A model generated the notes under the pieces. It saw only the letters and a list, made by a program, of their open reading frames with translations, was not told the DNA's origin and ran no database searches. 64,000 nt of DNA, from assembly GCA_963668645.2 (NCBI GenBank), contig CAXXWC010000019.1, positions 512,001 through 576,000 on the forward strand, given 5' to 3'. Origin of the DNA: Desulfobacterales bacterium. GTDB lineage: Bacteria; Desulfobacterota; Desulfobacteria; Desulfobacterales; UBA2174. A program made the position numbers and the translations under genes. Shown one piece after another: positions 48,081-58,376 of this stretch (positions within the stretch are counted from its first letter, which is position 1; each line of letters opens with the position of its first letter).

Positions 48081-49067
48081 TCAGGAGCCGCCCCCCTGGG
48101 GCAGCATGCCGCTGGCGGCCTTTGCTTTTTTGAGTGAACCGCGCTGGCGCGGCCAGATGCCGGCCGGGCGAAAGACCATCATAGCCACCATGATGGCTCC
48201 GAAAAAGAGCATCCGGTACTCGGCAAATCCTCGAAAAAATTCCGGGAAAAGGCTGATGGCAGCCGCGCCGACGATCACCCCCGGAATCGACCCCATCCCC
48301 CCGATGAGCACGATGCAGAAGAAAAGCGCCGATTCCATGAAGGTGAAGCTGTGGGGCGAAACCACCATCATCTTGCTGGCGTAAACGTTGCCTGCGATCC
48401 CGGCCAGCGCGGCCCCCAGCACGAAGGCGAGCAGCTTGTAGCCGCGCACGTTGATGCCGGTGGCCATGGCGGCGGTTTCATCCTCGCGGATGCAGTTCCA
48501 GGCCCTGCCGATGTGCGAGTGCTGCAGATTGGTCAGCCCGAGGATGGTCAACCCCACCAGGAACCAGATCAGGATGTAAAACCCCAGCGAGGTCTCGATG
48601 ACCAGACCGGGCGCCAAAACCGGGTTGTCGATGCCCACTACCCCGTTGGAACCGCCCGTCAGGCCCCAGGGATTGTTGATCAGGCCGATGCGCACGATCT
48701 CACCGAAGCCGATGGTCACGATCAACAGGTAGTCCCCGCGCAGATGGATCACCGGCGATACCACCAGATAGGCGAAGAGCCCGGCGGCCAGGGCGCTGAC
48801 CGGAATCAGCACCAGGATCGGAACCCCGTAAAAAGTGTTGAGGATCGCCGTCGTATAGGCCCCGATGGCATAAAAGCCGGCATGGCCGAAGTCGAAAAGG
48901 CCCACTTCCCCGAGCACCACGTTGAGACTCAGTCCGAGCAGGGTATAAATACCGAAGAAAAAGGCCACATCCAGCAGATAGTCGTTGGCGATGAAAGGGT
49001 AGAGCGCCGCGACGGCGATGGCCGGCAGCCACTTGTAGAAACCGGATATGGAGCGCAATTTTTTCAT
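48081..49067 (-). CDS. livM: Branched-chain amino acid ABC permease
   Basis: LRGDYL..VTIGFGEI, TGGSNG, GGMGSIPG, RPAGI. Confidence 0.92.
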   Translation of the reverse strand: MKKLRSISGFYKWLPAIAVAALYPFIANDYLLDVAFFFGIYTLLGLSLNVVLGEVGLFDFGHAGFYAIGAYTTAILNTFYGVPILVLIPVSALAAGLFAYLVVSPVIHLRGDYLLIVTIGFGEIVRIGLINNPWGLTGGSNGVVGIDNPVLAPGLVIETSLGFYILIWFLVGLTILGLTNLQHSHIGRAWNCIREDETAAMATGINVRGYKLLAFVLGAALAGIAGNVYASKMMVVSPHSFTFMESALFFCIVLIGGMGSIPGVIVGAAAISLFPEFFRGFAEYRMLFFGAIMVAMMVFRPAGIWPRQRGSLKKAKAASGMLPQGGGS

Positions 49068-49098
49068 CAGCCGTCTCTTTGCATGGAAACCAGCAAAC

Positions 49099-50010
49099 TT
49101 ACACCTTTTCGGCCACTGCCTCACCGAGCAGGCCGGTGGGCCGGAAAATGAGCACCACGATGAGGATCAAAAAGACGAATACGTCCTTCCAGGCCGCGGA
49201 CAGATAGACCGCGCCGAGCATCTCCATCACCCCCAAGAGCAGCCCGCCGAGCATGGCGCCCGGGATGTTGCCGATCCCGCCCAGCACACTGGCGGTAAAG
49301 GCTTTGAGCCCGTAGCCCCAGCCCATGGTGAAACTGATCTGGCGATAGTACATGCCCACCATCACGCCGGTCATGCCGCCCAGGGCCGGTCCGAGAATGA
49401 AAACGAAAAGGATGATGACCTTGATGTTGATACCCATCAGGGCCGCGGTGTCCCGGTCCAGGGCCGCAGCCCGGATGGCGGCACCAAAGGTCGTCTTTTG
49501 CACGATGAGATACAAGATGCCCATCAACAGAAACGACAGCAGCAGAATCATGACCTGCAAAACGGTGATATTGAGGCCCCAGATATTGATCATGGCCGAA
49601 GGCACCACATCCGAGGTGTAGGCCAAATAGCGCGGCCCCCAGATGACCATCATGGCATTTTCCAGGAAAATGGAGGCGCCCAGGGCCGAAACCACCGCCG
49701 GCAGGCGGCCGGAGGCATAAATGGGCCGGTAGGCCACGCGCTCCAGCACCAGCCCGACGATGGCCAGGGTGATGGCAGCCAGGGCCATGGCCAGAATCAT
49801 GCCCCCCCAGATACCGAACCGGTGGCCGACGACCGAGGCCCCCACGACCAGCAGGGTATAGCCCGCATAAGCCCCCAGGGCGAACATGTCGCCGTGGGCG
49901 AAGTTGATGAGCTTCATCACCCCGTAGACCATGGTGTAGCCCAGAGCGATGAGGGCGTAAAAGGCCCCGATGGTCAGACCGTTGACGAGCTGTTCGAAAA
50001 AAAGATGCAT
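49099..50010 (-). CDS. livH: Branched-chain amino acid ABC permease
   Basis: YALIALGYTMVYG..LINFAHG, VLGGIGNIPGA, RPTGLLG. Confidence 0.95.
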   Translation of the reverse strand: MHLFFEQLVNGLTIGAFYALIALGYTMVYGVMKLINFAHGDMFALGAYAGYTLLVVGASVVGHRFGIWGGMILAMALAAITLAIVGLVLERVAYRPIYASGRLPAVVSALGASIFLENAMMVIWGPRYLAYTSDVVPSAMINIWGLNITVLQVMILLLSFLLMGILYLIVQKTTFGAAIRAAALDRDTAALMGINIKVIILFVFILGPALGGMTGVMVGMYYRQISFTMGWGYGLKAFTASVLGGIGNIPGAMLGGLLLGVMEMLGAVYLSAAWKDVFVFLILIVVLIFRPTGLLGEAVAEKV

Positions 50011-50085
50011 ATGCGCCTGTCGGTTTCTGCGCTTTGGCAAAAGGGGCCGAGCGGATCGACCCCGTGGCCCGCGGAAAACGAAAAC

Positions 50086-51255
50086 TTAGTTTTTGGGCTT
50101 GTAAATCGCGTACTTGCCGTTTTCATCCACCTGGTACATCAGGTAGGGGACCCCTTCGCGGTCGCCCTGGGCGGTAAAGCCGATGCCGCCGGTAATCCCC
50201 GGCACCCCGTCTGCCTTATCGTGCAGGTAGGCGGCCAGCGTGTCCGGGTCGGTGCTGCCGGTGGTGGCGATGGCGTTGGCGATGATGTTGACCCCATCGG
50301 CGGCGTAGATCGGCCAGGGGCTGGAGGGGATCTCGCCGTACTTGGCCTTGTAGGCCGACAAAAAGGCCTTGGCTTCGGCGGTGTCCAGTTCGGCCGGCAT
50401 CGGCTCCTGGGTCATCAGCCAGCCCTTGGCGACTTCCACCCCGGCGATCTTGACGAAATCGTCGTTAATGACGGCGTTGCTGCCCACGAAGATGCAGTCC
50501 AGGCCGATGTTCCTGGCCTGGCGGGCGATAAGCGCGCCTTCGGGGTAGTGGCCGGTGTAGTAGAAGACATCCGGCTTGGCCTCGCGCAGCTTGGTCAGGA
50601 TGGGAGTAAAATCCTTGTCTTCCGGGTTGACCGCGTCGTAAAAGACGATTTCGACCTGCCCGGCATCGATCTTCGACTTCAACGCCTTTTGGGTCTCTTC
50701 GGCCACGCCGATGGCGAAGGTGGTGTTGTTGTGGACGATGGCGATGCGCTTGGCGCCGAACTCGCGGGGCACGAAATCGGCAAAGAAGATGCCCTGGGCA
50801 TCGTCCCGGCCGCAGGTGCGGAAAAAGAAATTGCGCCCCTTCTGGCTCAGCCCGACAAAGGTCGCCCCGTAGGCGATGTTGATCATCTTGCGCTTTTCAA
50901 AGATGTTGGAGCTGGCCTCCACGGTGGGTGAACCGTAGGTGGATACCGCCGCTACGATGTCTTTCTGGGAAACCATTTTCATCGCCGCCAGGGCGCCGTC
51001 CTTGGGGGTTCCGGAATCGTCGAATTCCCGGATCTCGATCATCCGGCCACCCAGGATGCCGCCTTTTTGGTTGATCAGATCGGCGGCCACCTTGCAGGAC
51101 TGGACCGCCATTTGCCCTTCGAAGGCCCAGGGGCCGGTGATCGGGGCCTGGATGGCAATGACCAGCGGCTCGGCAGCCGCGGCAACCGGCGAAAAACCGA
51201 TGGGAGCAAAGGCAAGCACCGCAACCAGGACAGCATAAACCCACAGCTTTTTCAT
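50086..51255 (-). CDS. livK: Branched-chain amino acid ABC substrate-binding protein
   Basis: Signal peptide, P.TG..A..G, IN..GGILG, FFRTCGRDD.QG, DFTPILTK. Confidence 0.88.
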   Translation of the reverse strand: MKKLWVYAVLVAVLAFAPIGFSPVAAAAEPLVIAIQAPITGPWAFEGQMAVQSCKVAADLINQKGGILGGRMIEIREFDDSGTPKDGALAAMKMVSQKDIVAAVSTYGSPTVEASSNIFEKRKMINIAYGATFVGLSQKGRNFFFRTCGRDDAQGIFFADFVPREFGAKRIAIVHNNTTFAIGVAEETQKALKSKIDAGQVEIVFYDAVNPEDKDFTPILTKLREAKPDVFYYTGHYPEGALIARQARNIGLDCIFVGSNAVINDDFVKIAGVEVAKGWLMTQEPMPAELDTAEAKAFLSAYKAKYGEIPSSPWPIYAADGVNIIANAIATTGSTDPDTLAAYLHDKADGVPGITGGIGFTAQGDREGVPYLMYQVDENGKYAIYKPKN

Positions 51256-51608
51256 TTTCTGGCCTCCGTTGGATTTGTTGTTGATGCAGGAATGAAAATG
51301 ACTGGTCTTGCCGGCCCGCAAGGCCGGAAAGGAAAAAGGGTTATTATAAGAAATATCTCATAATGTCAACACGGATATTTCCCCGTCCAACTTTATTTCG
51401 TTTTAGTTTTAATGGGTTGGATAGACAGAATATTTCAGTGAAACTTAACACCGACAAACCTGAAGCAGGTCTCCGATGCACCGGAACATGAACCGTATCA
51501 AAATTAGGATATTGCTTTATTGTATTTATTTGTACACTTAAATTTTTTTGCGGCGAATGAATTCGCCCCGTTACACAATCGCCGACAGTTATCGATCGTT
51601 AAGGTACA

Positions 51609-52940
51609 ATGATAAGACTTTTTGAAAATCTGAGGGGCCGGCATCCGGCCGGTGAAATAGGGGGCCTGGTTGCAGCCTGTTCGGCCCATCCCATGGTGCT
51701 GGATGCCGTTCTTGCCGCGGCCGCAACAGGCGGCTGGCCCCTGCTGGTGGAGGCCACCGCCAGCCAGGTCAATCCGGCCGGCGGCTACACCGGGATGACC
51801 CCGGCCGCCTATATCGAGGATCTGCACCGGCGCGCCCGGGCGGCAGGGATGCCGGCCGAGCGGCTATTGATCGGCGCAGACCATCTGGGCACTTACCCTT
51901 GGCGCCATCTGCCGGCCGCAGCGGCCATGGACCGGGCCTCGGACCTGGCGCGCGCCTGCGTGGCGGCCGGCTTCGACAAGCTGCACCTGGACACCAGCGC
52001 ACCGTGCGCCGGCGATCCCCTCCCGCGGCTGGCGCACGGCGAAGTGGTGACGCGAACGGTGACGCTTTGCCGCGCGGCCGAAGCCGCCGCCGCGAATCAT
52101 GGGGCTTTGAAACGCCCGTTTTACGTGATCGGAGCCGATGTCCCGACGCCGGGGGGCGGCCTGGAGGGAGAAACGCAGGCGCCGGTGAGCGTACCCCGGG
52201 TCCTGGTGGAAGAGATCGAGACCTTCCGCGCCGCCTTTGCCGCGGCAGGACTCGCCGATGCCTGGCAGCGGGTGGTGGCGGTGGTGGTCCAGCCCGGCAT
52301 CGATTTCGGCGATGCGGCCGTCGCCGCCTACCGGCCCGAGCGGGCCGCGGCTCTGAGCGCGCTGCACGACCGGCTCCCCGCGCACCTGGCCTTCGAGATC
52401 CATGCCACCGATTTCCAGTCCGGCGAAGCCCTGGACCGCATGGTGGCCGACCGTTTCGGCCTGCTCAAGATCGGGCCCTGCCTGACCTTTGCCCTGCGCG
52501 AAGCCTTGTACGCGCTGGCCCACATCGAGGCCCGGCTGCCGGCCGTCAAAACGCCCGCTGACCTGATCCGGACCATGGAGGATCTCATGCTCGCCCGGCC
52601 GGAGCACTGGCAGGGGCACTATCGCGGCGGCAGCGCCGAGCTGCGCTTCTTGCGCCATTTCAGCTACCGCGACCGGATCCGCTACTACTGGCAGGCGCCA
52701 GAAGCCCGGCGCGCCGTGGATCTACTCCTGGCCAACCTGGCCGCCGGACCGATTCCCGCCGGCCTGCTGCGCCAGTACCTGCCGGATCTTTTCGCCCAAA
52801 CCCTTCAGGGCCCGCAGCGCATCGACCCCGTCGAAATTATCCACCGGCGCATCCGGCAAGCCTTGCAACCTTACGCGGACGCCTGCCGGCCGTCCGAAAG
52901 AGATCAAAAAGGCCTCGATGATCGATGCAGCTTCCTTTGA
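51609..52940 (+). CDS. gatZ: GatZ/KbaZ family (tagatose-6-P epimerase-like) protein
   Basis: CSAHP.V, EAT..QVN..GGYTGM, DHLG..PW, K.HLD.S, VVQPG.DF, H.TD.Q, LKIGP.LTFALREAL, S..DRIRYYW. Confidence 0.88.
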   Translation: MIRLFENLRGRHPAGEIGGLVAACSAHPMVLDAVLAAAATGGWPLLVEATASQVNPAGGYTGMTPAAYIEDLHRRARAAGMPAERLLIGADHLGTYPWRHLPAAAAMDRASDLARACVAAGFDKLHLDTSAPCAGDPLPRLAHGEVVTRTVTLCRAAEAAAANHGALKRPFYVIGADVPTPGGGLEGETQAPVSVPRVLVEEIETFRAAFAAAGLADAWQRVVAVVVQPGIDFGDAAVAAYRPERAAALSALHDRLPAHLAFEIHATDFQSGEALDRMVADRFGLLKIGPCLTFALREALYALAHIEARLPAVKTPADLIRTMEDLMLARPEHWQGHYRGGSAELRFLRHFSYRDRIRYYWQAPEARRAVDLLLANLAAGPIPAGLLRQYLPDLFAQTLQGPQRIDPVEIIHRRIRQALQPYADACRPSERDQKGLDDRCSFL

Positions 52941-53652
52941 GGGTATGGGGGAGCGGTCATCGTCAGCGATGCGCCATTTGCGCTCTTGATAGTTCAACCA
53001 AGCCCCCATTAGCGGTTCAAGTGGTTCGCCGTCCGGAGCAGAACCGTGCAGGGAAAAGGAGACCATCACCTCTTTGCAATCACATTTTCTGACCACGCAG
53101 TAGTGCGTCGAATACCACGAAACTGCGATCCGGCATGGCGAAATCGAGCCTCGCGCCAAAGGGCAGGATATCCGTGTAACCCACCATGCTGCTCTCGTAT
53201 TCGATGGCATCCACCGGAAAATCGGTATCAAAGTCTTCCGGATCGGCGCTCTCGGTCATTTCCTGCCTGGAAACCAGAAACAATTGCGCCAGCAGATTCC
53301 AGTCAAGCTCCGAAAGGGTTTCGACCACCCGTACCGACAAAACGGGATCGGCTCCCAGCTCCAGGGCACCGTCCTTTTCCTTCGACAATTGCCGCAACGC
53401 AAAATCCACGAAAACCCTCTGCGCTTCGGTGCCCGGGGCGGCGACCGGGCTCAGGCTCAGCACCACATCCGTACAGGTGCACAAAGGATCGGCACAGGTT
53501 TCCAACACGACACCATACTCGCAGGCTTCAACGTCGCCGGCCAACGTCAGAGACAATCGTCCGGTAGCCCTGTCCAATTGCAGCGCATGCGGTCCTGACA
53601 GGTCGTCTTCAGACGGCCTGGCCGCCGCCCAAACATCTTGCCATCTTTTCAC
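52900..53652 (-). pseudogene. Probably frameshifted, truncated Cys-motif hypothetical gene (3' end approximate)
   Basis: GTG start overlaps the DUF166 stop; first frame has CADPLCTC; near 53105 coding continues in another frame as HYCVVRKCDCKEVMVSF..LNY, then runs into convergent gatZ. Confidence 0.5.
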
Positions 53653-54314
53653 CGCGAAGTTCCTTCCCTTTTGGCCCCAACTCTTGCCAGGGCCGCCTTG
53701 AGGGCCGCAGAGTGCAGGTCGCCGGCCACGTGGACCGGACTTTTCTGGTAGATCGGGTCCCACCCGGCCGGGTTGGCCGAGCAGTGAAACTGGCATTCGA
53801 CGCCGATGCGCACCACGGCATCCTCCACCTGCCGGCCGATCATCTTCTCGGCCGCAGGCCAGGTGGCCCCGCAGGGGGCCCCGCGCTCGACGCGGATCTC
53901 GGCGATGCGCCCGTTTGCGGTGCGCACGTCAAACCGGGGCATCCCGAAATCCTGGCCGTAATGGCCCAGGCCGTCCTGGTGGGTCAAGGCACAGCAGGTC
54001 ACCGGCATCAAAACCCCCTCGACCAGATGTTTCTTGCCCGAACCGATGTACGGCACCCCCGCGGCGCTGCAGCGCGCCGCCAGGTCGTAGGAAAGGTCCG
54101 GGTGGCTGAGATAATCGAGCACCAGGTCGGCATCGAGGGTCTCGGGAAGGTACGCTTCGGTATCGTCGATCACCGGGGGCAGGTCTGTGGGCAGATCCAC
54201 CACCCGCAAGTCGTAGCGGTCTTTGCCGTAGCGGCGGATCCCGGCGACCTTGCGCTCGCCGCTGCCGTTTTGTTGAAACACCAGAATGCGCTGGGGCTGG
54301 GCGTCGGTGTCCAT
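53649..54314 (-). CDS. DUF166 family protein
   Basis: LPPVIDD...YLP, HPDL, CCAL, FG.P, V.RGAPCGATW, HVAG. Confidence 0.8.
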   Translation of the reverse strand: MDTDAQPQRILVFQQNGSGERKVAGIRRYGKDRYDLRVVDLPTDLPPVIDDTEAYLPETLDADLVLDYLSHPDLSYDLAARCSAAGVPYIGSGKKHLVEGVLMPVTCCALTHQDGLGHYGQDFGMPRFDVRTANGRIAEIRVERGAPCGATWPAAEKMIGRQVEDAVVRIGVECQFHCSANPAGWDPIYQKSPVHVAGDLHSAALKAALARVGAKREGTSR

Positions 54315-56203
54315 CAGGATTCGATCTCCTTGCGTCTTGCTTCGAATTCTCGCTTGCGGGCCTCGAACTCGTCCGTGGCCGCTTCCAGCTCGGCGAAGGC
54401 CGCGTCGATGGTCTGCTGGCAGACATGCAGGGCCTGGGACAGCTCGCGGATCCGCTCGCCGTCCTGGGCCTGGGAGGCGGCCACCATGGCATCGTTGAGA
54501 TAGCCGGTCTCCACCTCCCGCTCCTCGATAGTTTTTTCGGCCGTGGCGATGCGCTTTTCCAGAGGCTTGAGGACCCGCGCGCGGTCGGCGACCCACTCGG
54601 AGCGCAACCGTTTGAGGGTTTTGCGGTCCGTCTTGGCATCGCTTGCAGCTTCTTTGACGGACGCCTGGGCCGGTGACATTCGGCTGGGCGCCGCACGCTT
54701 GGCGCGCCGGGCACCGGACTCGCTTTGCCACCCGCTCTGATCGAGAAACTCCTGGTATCCGCCCCAGAACACCGATACCCCGTCATCCTGAAAGACCACC
54801 AGCTTCTGGGCCAGGGCGTGCAGGAACATTTCGTTGTGGGTCACCATGATCAGGGTGCCGGGAAACTCGTCCAGGGCCGCCAGCATGGCGTCGCAACTGT
54901 CCATGTCCAGGTGGTTGGTCGGTTCGTCGAGCAGCAGCAGGTTCACCGGGGCCGCCAGCAGCCGGCCGAGCATGACCCGGGCCTTCTCGCCGCCGGAAAG
55001 CACCGCGATCCTTTTCAGGGCGTCATCGCCGGAAAACATCATCAGCCCGCAGATGTTGCGCACCTGGGTGCGGGTAAAGTCCGGGGCCGCAACCCCGATC
55101 TCCTCTTCCACAGTCCGTTCGTCCACCAGGCTCTGGACGTTGGTCTGTTCGAAAAAGCCCTCGGTGAGGTTGGCCGCCTTGCGCACCCGGCCCCGGGCGG
55201 GCGCCAACTGCCCGGCCAGGAGCCTGAGCAAAGTGGTCTTGCCCCTGCCGTTGGGGCCCACGATGCAGATCCGCTCTCCGGCGGTCACCTGCAGATCGAG
55301 GTCGCGGATCAGGGGGGTCTGCGGATCGTAGCCGAAGGCCAGGGCCTCGGTCTGGACCACGTGGCGGCCGGAAAAGGGCTTGTAGCGGAATCTGAAATCG
55401 AGGGTATCCTGGCCCTGGAGCTTATCGCGCTTTTCCATCTTGGCCAGGGCCTTGATGCGCGACTGGACCATCCCGGCCAGGCGGGCCTTGGCCCGGAAGC
55501 GGGTGATGAACAGCTCCACCTCCTTGCGCCTTTTCTCTTCGTTGAGGCGGGTGTTTTCGTAGATCTCCTCTTCCTGGGCGATCTGCTCGTAGTACTTGCC
55601 CGTGTCCCCTTCGATCTTGCGCACCTTCTGGCGGTGGATGCCCAGGATGTGGGTGACCACCTGGTCCATGAAGCCGCGGTCGTGGGTGATGACCATCAAT
55701 TCCCTGGGCCAGGCCTTGAGAAAGCCGACGATCCAGCGGATGGAGGTGATGTCCAGGTAGTTGGTCGGCTCGTCGAGCAGCAGCAGGTCCGGATCGCTCA
55801 CCAGGACCTTGGCCAAGTTGAGGCGCACCTGGTAGCCGCCGGAAAACTCCGCCGGCGAGCGATCGAGGTCGGCCTGGGAAAACCCGAGCCCGGAGAGGAT
55901 CTTTTCCACCTTCCAGTGGTGGTCGCGCTCGGCCGGGGCCAGCCCGGTCATCCCCTCTTCCAGGACCGTAGGCCTGGAAAATTCGAGATGCTGCTGCACG
56001 TAGCCGATGCGGTAGTTCTTGGGGATGGCGATGAGCCCCTCGTCCGGACGGGTCTCGCCCACGATCATGCGCAGCAGGGTGGTCTTGCCGTGGCCGTTGC
56101 GGCCCACCAGGCCGACCCGCTCGCGGGCGTTGATCTTGAAGTTGATCCCATCCAGCAGGATCTGGCCGCCGTAGCCCTTGGTGAGATTTTCGACTTGAAG
56201 CAT
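54314..56203 (-). CDS. ABC-F family ATPase
   Basis: Two NBDs (GRNGHGKT, FSGG, LDEPTNYLD; GPNGRGKT, LSGGE, LDEPTNHLD), no TM segments, C-terminal coiled coil. Confidence 0.95.
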   Translation of the reverse strand: MLQVENLTKGYGGQILLDGINFKINARERVGLVGRNGHGKTTLLRMIVGETRPDEGLIAIPKNYRIGYVQQHLEFSRPTVLEEGMTGLAPAERDHHWKVEKILSGLGFSQADLDRSPAEFSGGYQVRLNLAKVLVSDPDLLLLDEPTNYLDITSIRWIVGFLKAWPRELMVITHDRGFMDQVVTHILGIHRQKVRKIEGDTGKYYEQIAQEEEIYENTRLNEEKRRKEVELFITRFRAKARLAGMVQSRIKALAKMEKRDKLQGQDTLDFRFRYKPFSGRHVVQTEALAFGYDPQTPLIRDLDLQVTAGERICIVGPNGRGKTTLLRLLAGQLAPARGRVRKAANLTEGFFEQTNVQSLVDERTVEEEIGVAAPDFTRTQVRNICGLMMFSGDDALKRIAVLSGGEKARVMLGRLLAAPVNLLLLDEPTNHLDMDSCDAMLAALDEFPGTLIMVTHNEMFLHALAQKLVVFQDDGVSVFWGGYQEFLDQSGWQSESGARRAKRAAPSRMSPAQASVKEAASDAKTDRKTLKRLRSEWVADRARVLKPLEKRIATAEKTIEEREVETGYLNDAMVAASQAQDGERIRELSQALHVCQQTIDAAFAELEAATDEFEARKREFEARRKEIES

Positions 56204-56591
56204 CTTTGATTGCAGGTTCCCGGTTGCGGTTGAGGCGCCGACCGTGCGACGCGAAAAAGACCGAATTAAAGGGAAATCAATCTATATAGTCCCGGGGCGG
56301 GTGTCAAATGGTTGCCGGATTCCCCGCCGCCGTGCGCCTCGCCCCTGGCAGCCATGTTCGATCAAAACCTCTGCTTTTTTGCGCCGCCCTGCCGAATTGG
56401 GCCTTCTGAAGGCCACGGGGCAGCCCGACCGCCGCCAGCCTCCCGGCGCTAGCGCCGCTCGGGCGCGCAAACTCAGACCCAAGGACGTGTAAGATGCGAT
56501 ACCCGAAGGACCTCAACATACGACCGGATTTGGTGTATGAAAACGAAATCGCCCTGATTCGGGCTGAATCCTCGCAGCGAAAGGAGCCTCC

Positions 56592-57389
56592 ATGCGCTTT
56601 GGGGCCATGAACTTCCCCATCCGGCCGGTGGTCGAGGAGATCCGGGCCATCGAAGCCCTCGGCTTCGACTACCTCGAACTGACCCTGGACGCGCCCATGG
56701 CCCACCACGAGGTGGTGCTGCGGGAAAAAGGTCCAATCCTGACCGCCCTGGCCGAACATGGCCTGGGGCTGGTCTGCCACCTGCCGACCTTCGTTTCCTG
56801 CGCGGACCTGACCCCGGGCATCCGCGAGGCTTCCCGCGCCGAGATCCGCCGCAGCCTGGACGCGGCCGCCGAACTGGGGGCCGAGAAGGTGGTGGCCCAC
56901 CCGCCTGTGATCGGCCCCATGGGGGCCCTGGCCCAAGACCTGGTCCGGCCCCTGGTGGTCGAGGGGCTCAACGAAATGCTGGATCACGCGGCGAATCTGG
57001 GACTGACCGTCTGTCTGGAGAACATGTTCCCCCGTTACGGGGTTATGGTGGAGCCTGAAGAATTCCGCCCGGTCTTCGAGGCCCGGCCGGACTTGAAGCT
57101 GACCCTGGACACCGGCCATGCCTTCATCCAGGGCGAGGGGGAAAAGCGCTTGTTCGCCTTTGTCGAAACCTGGGGCCGCCGCCTGGGGCACCTGCACGTG
57201 AGCGATAACCAGGGCCGGTGCGACGACCACCTGCCGGTGGGCCGGGGCAAGGTCCCCTTTTCCCGGCTGGCCAAGGCCTTGAAATACCGGACCACGCTGG
57301 ACACCGTAACCCTGGAGATCTTCACCGGCCACCGCGAGGACCTGGTACATAGCCGAGAGACCTTCCAGAGGTACCTTGATGCGGCCTAA
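56592..57389 (+). CDS. Sugar phosphate isomerase/epimerase (AP endonuclease 2 TIM barrel)
   Basis: GFDYLEL, LENM, LDTGHA, HLHVSDN.G..DDHLP.G.G, LEIF. Confidence 0.9.
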   Translation: MRFGAMNFPIRPVVEEIRAIEALGFDYLELTLDAPMAHHEVVLREKGPILTALAEHGLGLVCHLPTFVSCADLTPGIREASRAEIRRSLDAAAELGAEKVVAHPPVIGPMGALAQDLVRPLVVEGLNEMLDHAANLGLTVCLENMFPRYGVMVEPEEFRPVFEARPDLKLTLDTGHAFIQGEGEKRLFAFVETWGRRLGHLHVSDNQGRCDDHLPVGRGKVPFSRLAKALKYRTTLDTVTLEIFTGHREDLVHSRETFQRYLDAA

Positions 57390-58231
57390 CTCGCGTTAAC
57401 CATCGCCGCCTGGCGAATCGCCTGGTAAAGATCCTGGGGACTGCGGCCATTGTCGTCGGCGATATCACGCACGCTCTTTTCGGGCGCAGCGCGGATTCCC
57501 GCATCGGCCAGACGGCGCACCATCGTGGGCAGGTTCAGGTCGTATTCCTGGCAGATATCGGCCAGGGTGCGCCGGCCGAAGCCGGGAGGCGGGGCTTCAG
57601 GCAGCGCGACGGAAGCGGAGGTCTTGGCCCCGTTTTGCGGCGCCCGCATGGCCAGGTAGACCTGCTGGGGGGTCAGGCCGTTGTCCGCGGCGATCTCCTG
57701 CAGGGTCGATTTCTCATCCGCCACACGGATCCCGGCGGCCCGCAGCCCTTCCAGGGCCGCGGCCGGATCGATCCCCACCCTGGTGGCGAAGGTCTTGAGG
57801 CCGGACAGCTCGGCATGGCCGTAAGGCGGCTCGCCGTACTTGACCGCACCGGCGTCCTTGATGGCCTCGCCGCCCGCGATGATCCAGGAAAACGGCGGCA
57901 CCAGCAGCAGGGTGCCCGCCGTGACCACCGCCGTGACCGCCAGGGCCGTGGAAAACTCGGGCGTAAAAACCCGCATGCGACGGGCCCGGTCTTTCAGATA
58001 GCCCGTGATGGCCGGCCAATTATAATAGGTGTGAAGGAGAATACTCGCCAGGAACAACACCCCCAGGTTGATGTGGACGTTACCCCAGGTGGTCTTGGTC
58101 ATTCCCCAAAGGCGCCAGTCGGCCCAGTAGGCCACCCGCCCCGCGGGAACAATGTAAAGCACCACGCTGGTAACCACCAGCAGGAAAAACGACGTCAAAG
58201 CCGTCAGGGAAGTGATCTTGCGCATCTTCAT
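57386..58231 (-). CDS. DUF4405 domain membrane protein
   Basis: RKITSL, VLYIVP.GRVAYW, W..VH, H..YNW; start moved to MKMRK. Confidence 0.82.
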   Translation of the reverse strand: MKMRKITSLTALTSFFLLVVTSVVLYIVPAGRVAYWADWRLWGMTKTTWGNVHINLGVLFLASILLHTYYNWPAITGYLKDRARRMRVFTPEFSTALAVTAVVTAGTLLLVPPFSWIIAGGEAIKDAGAVKYGEPPYGHAELSGLKTFATRVGIDPAAALEGLRAAGIRVADEKSTLQEIAADNGLTPQQVYLAMRAPQNGAKTSASVALPEAPPPGFGRRTLADICQEYDLNLPTMVRRLADAGIRAAPEKSVRDIADDNGRSPQDLYQAIRQAAMVNAS

Positions 58232-58376
58232 CGCCGTGCCCCCATCACATAGTAAGGTCAAATGCTCTTTTTCAGCCTTTTCAGAGCCTGCCCGGATCAC
58301 AACGTTACACCCGGTTTTGACAAGCATCCATCTCTTCTTACCATAACAACGTGACCAGAGACCAAGGGAGGCAGCG

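Noticed and set aside
46580..50931. Long plus-strand ORFs (494 aa, 627 aa)
   Set aside because: Antisense shadows of the liv operon
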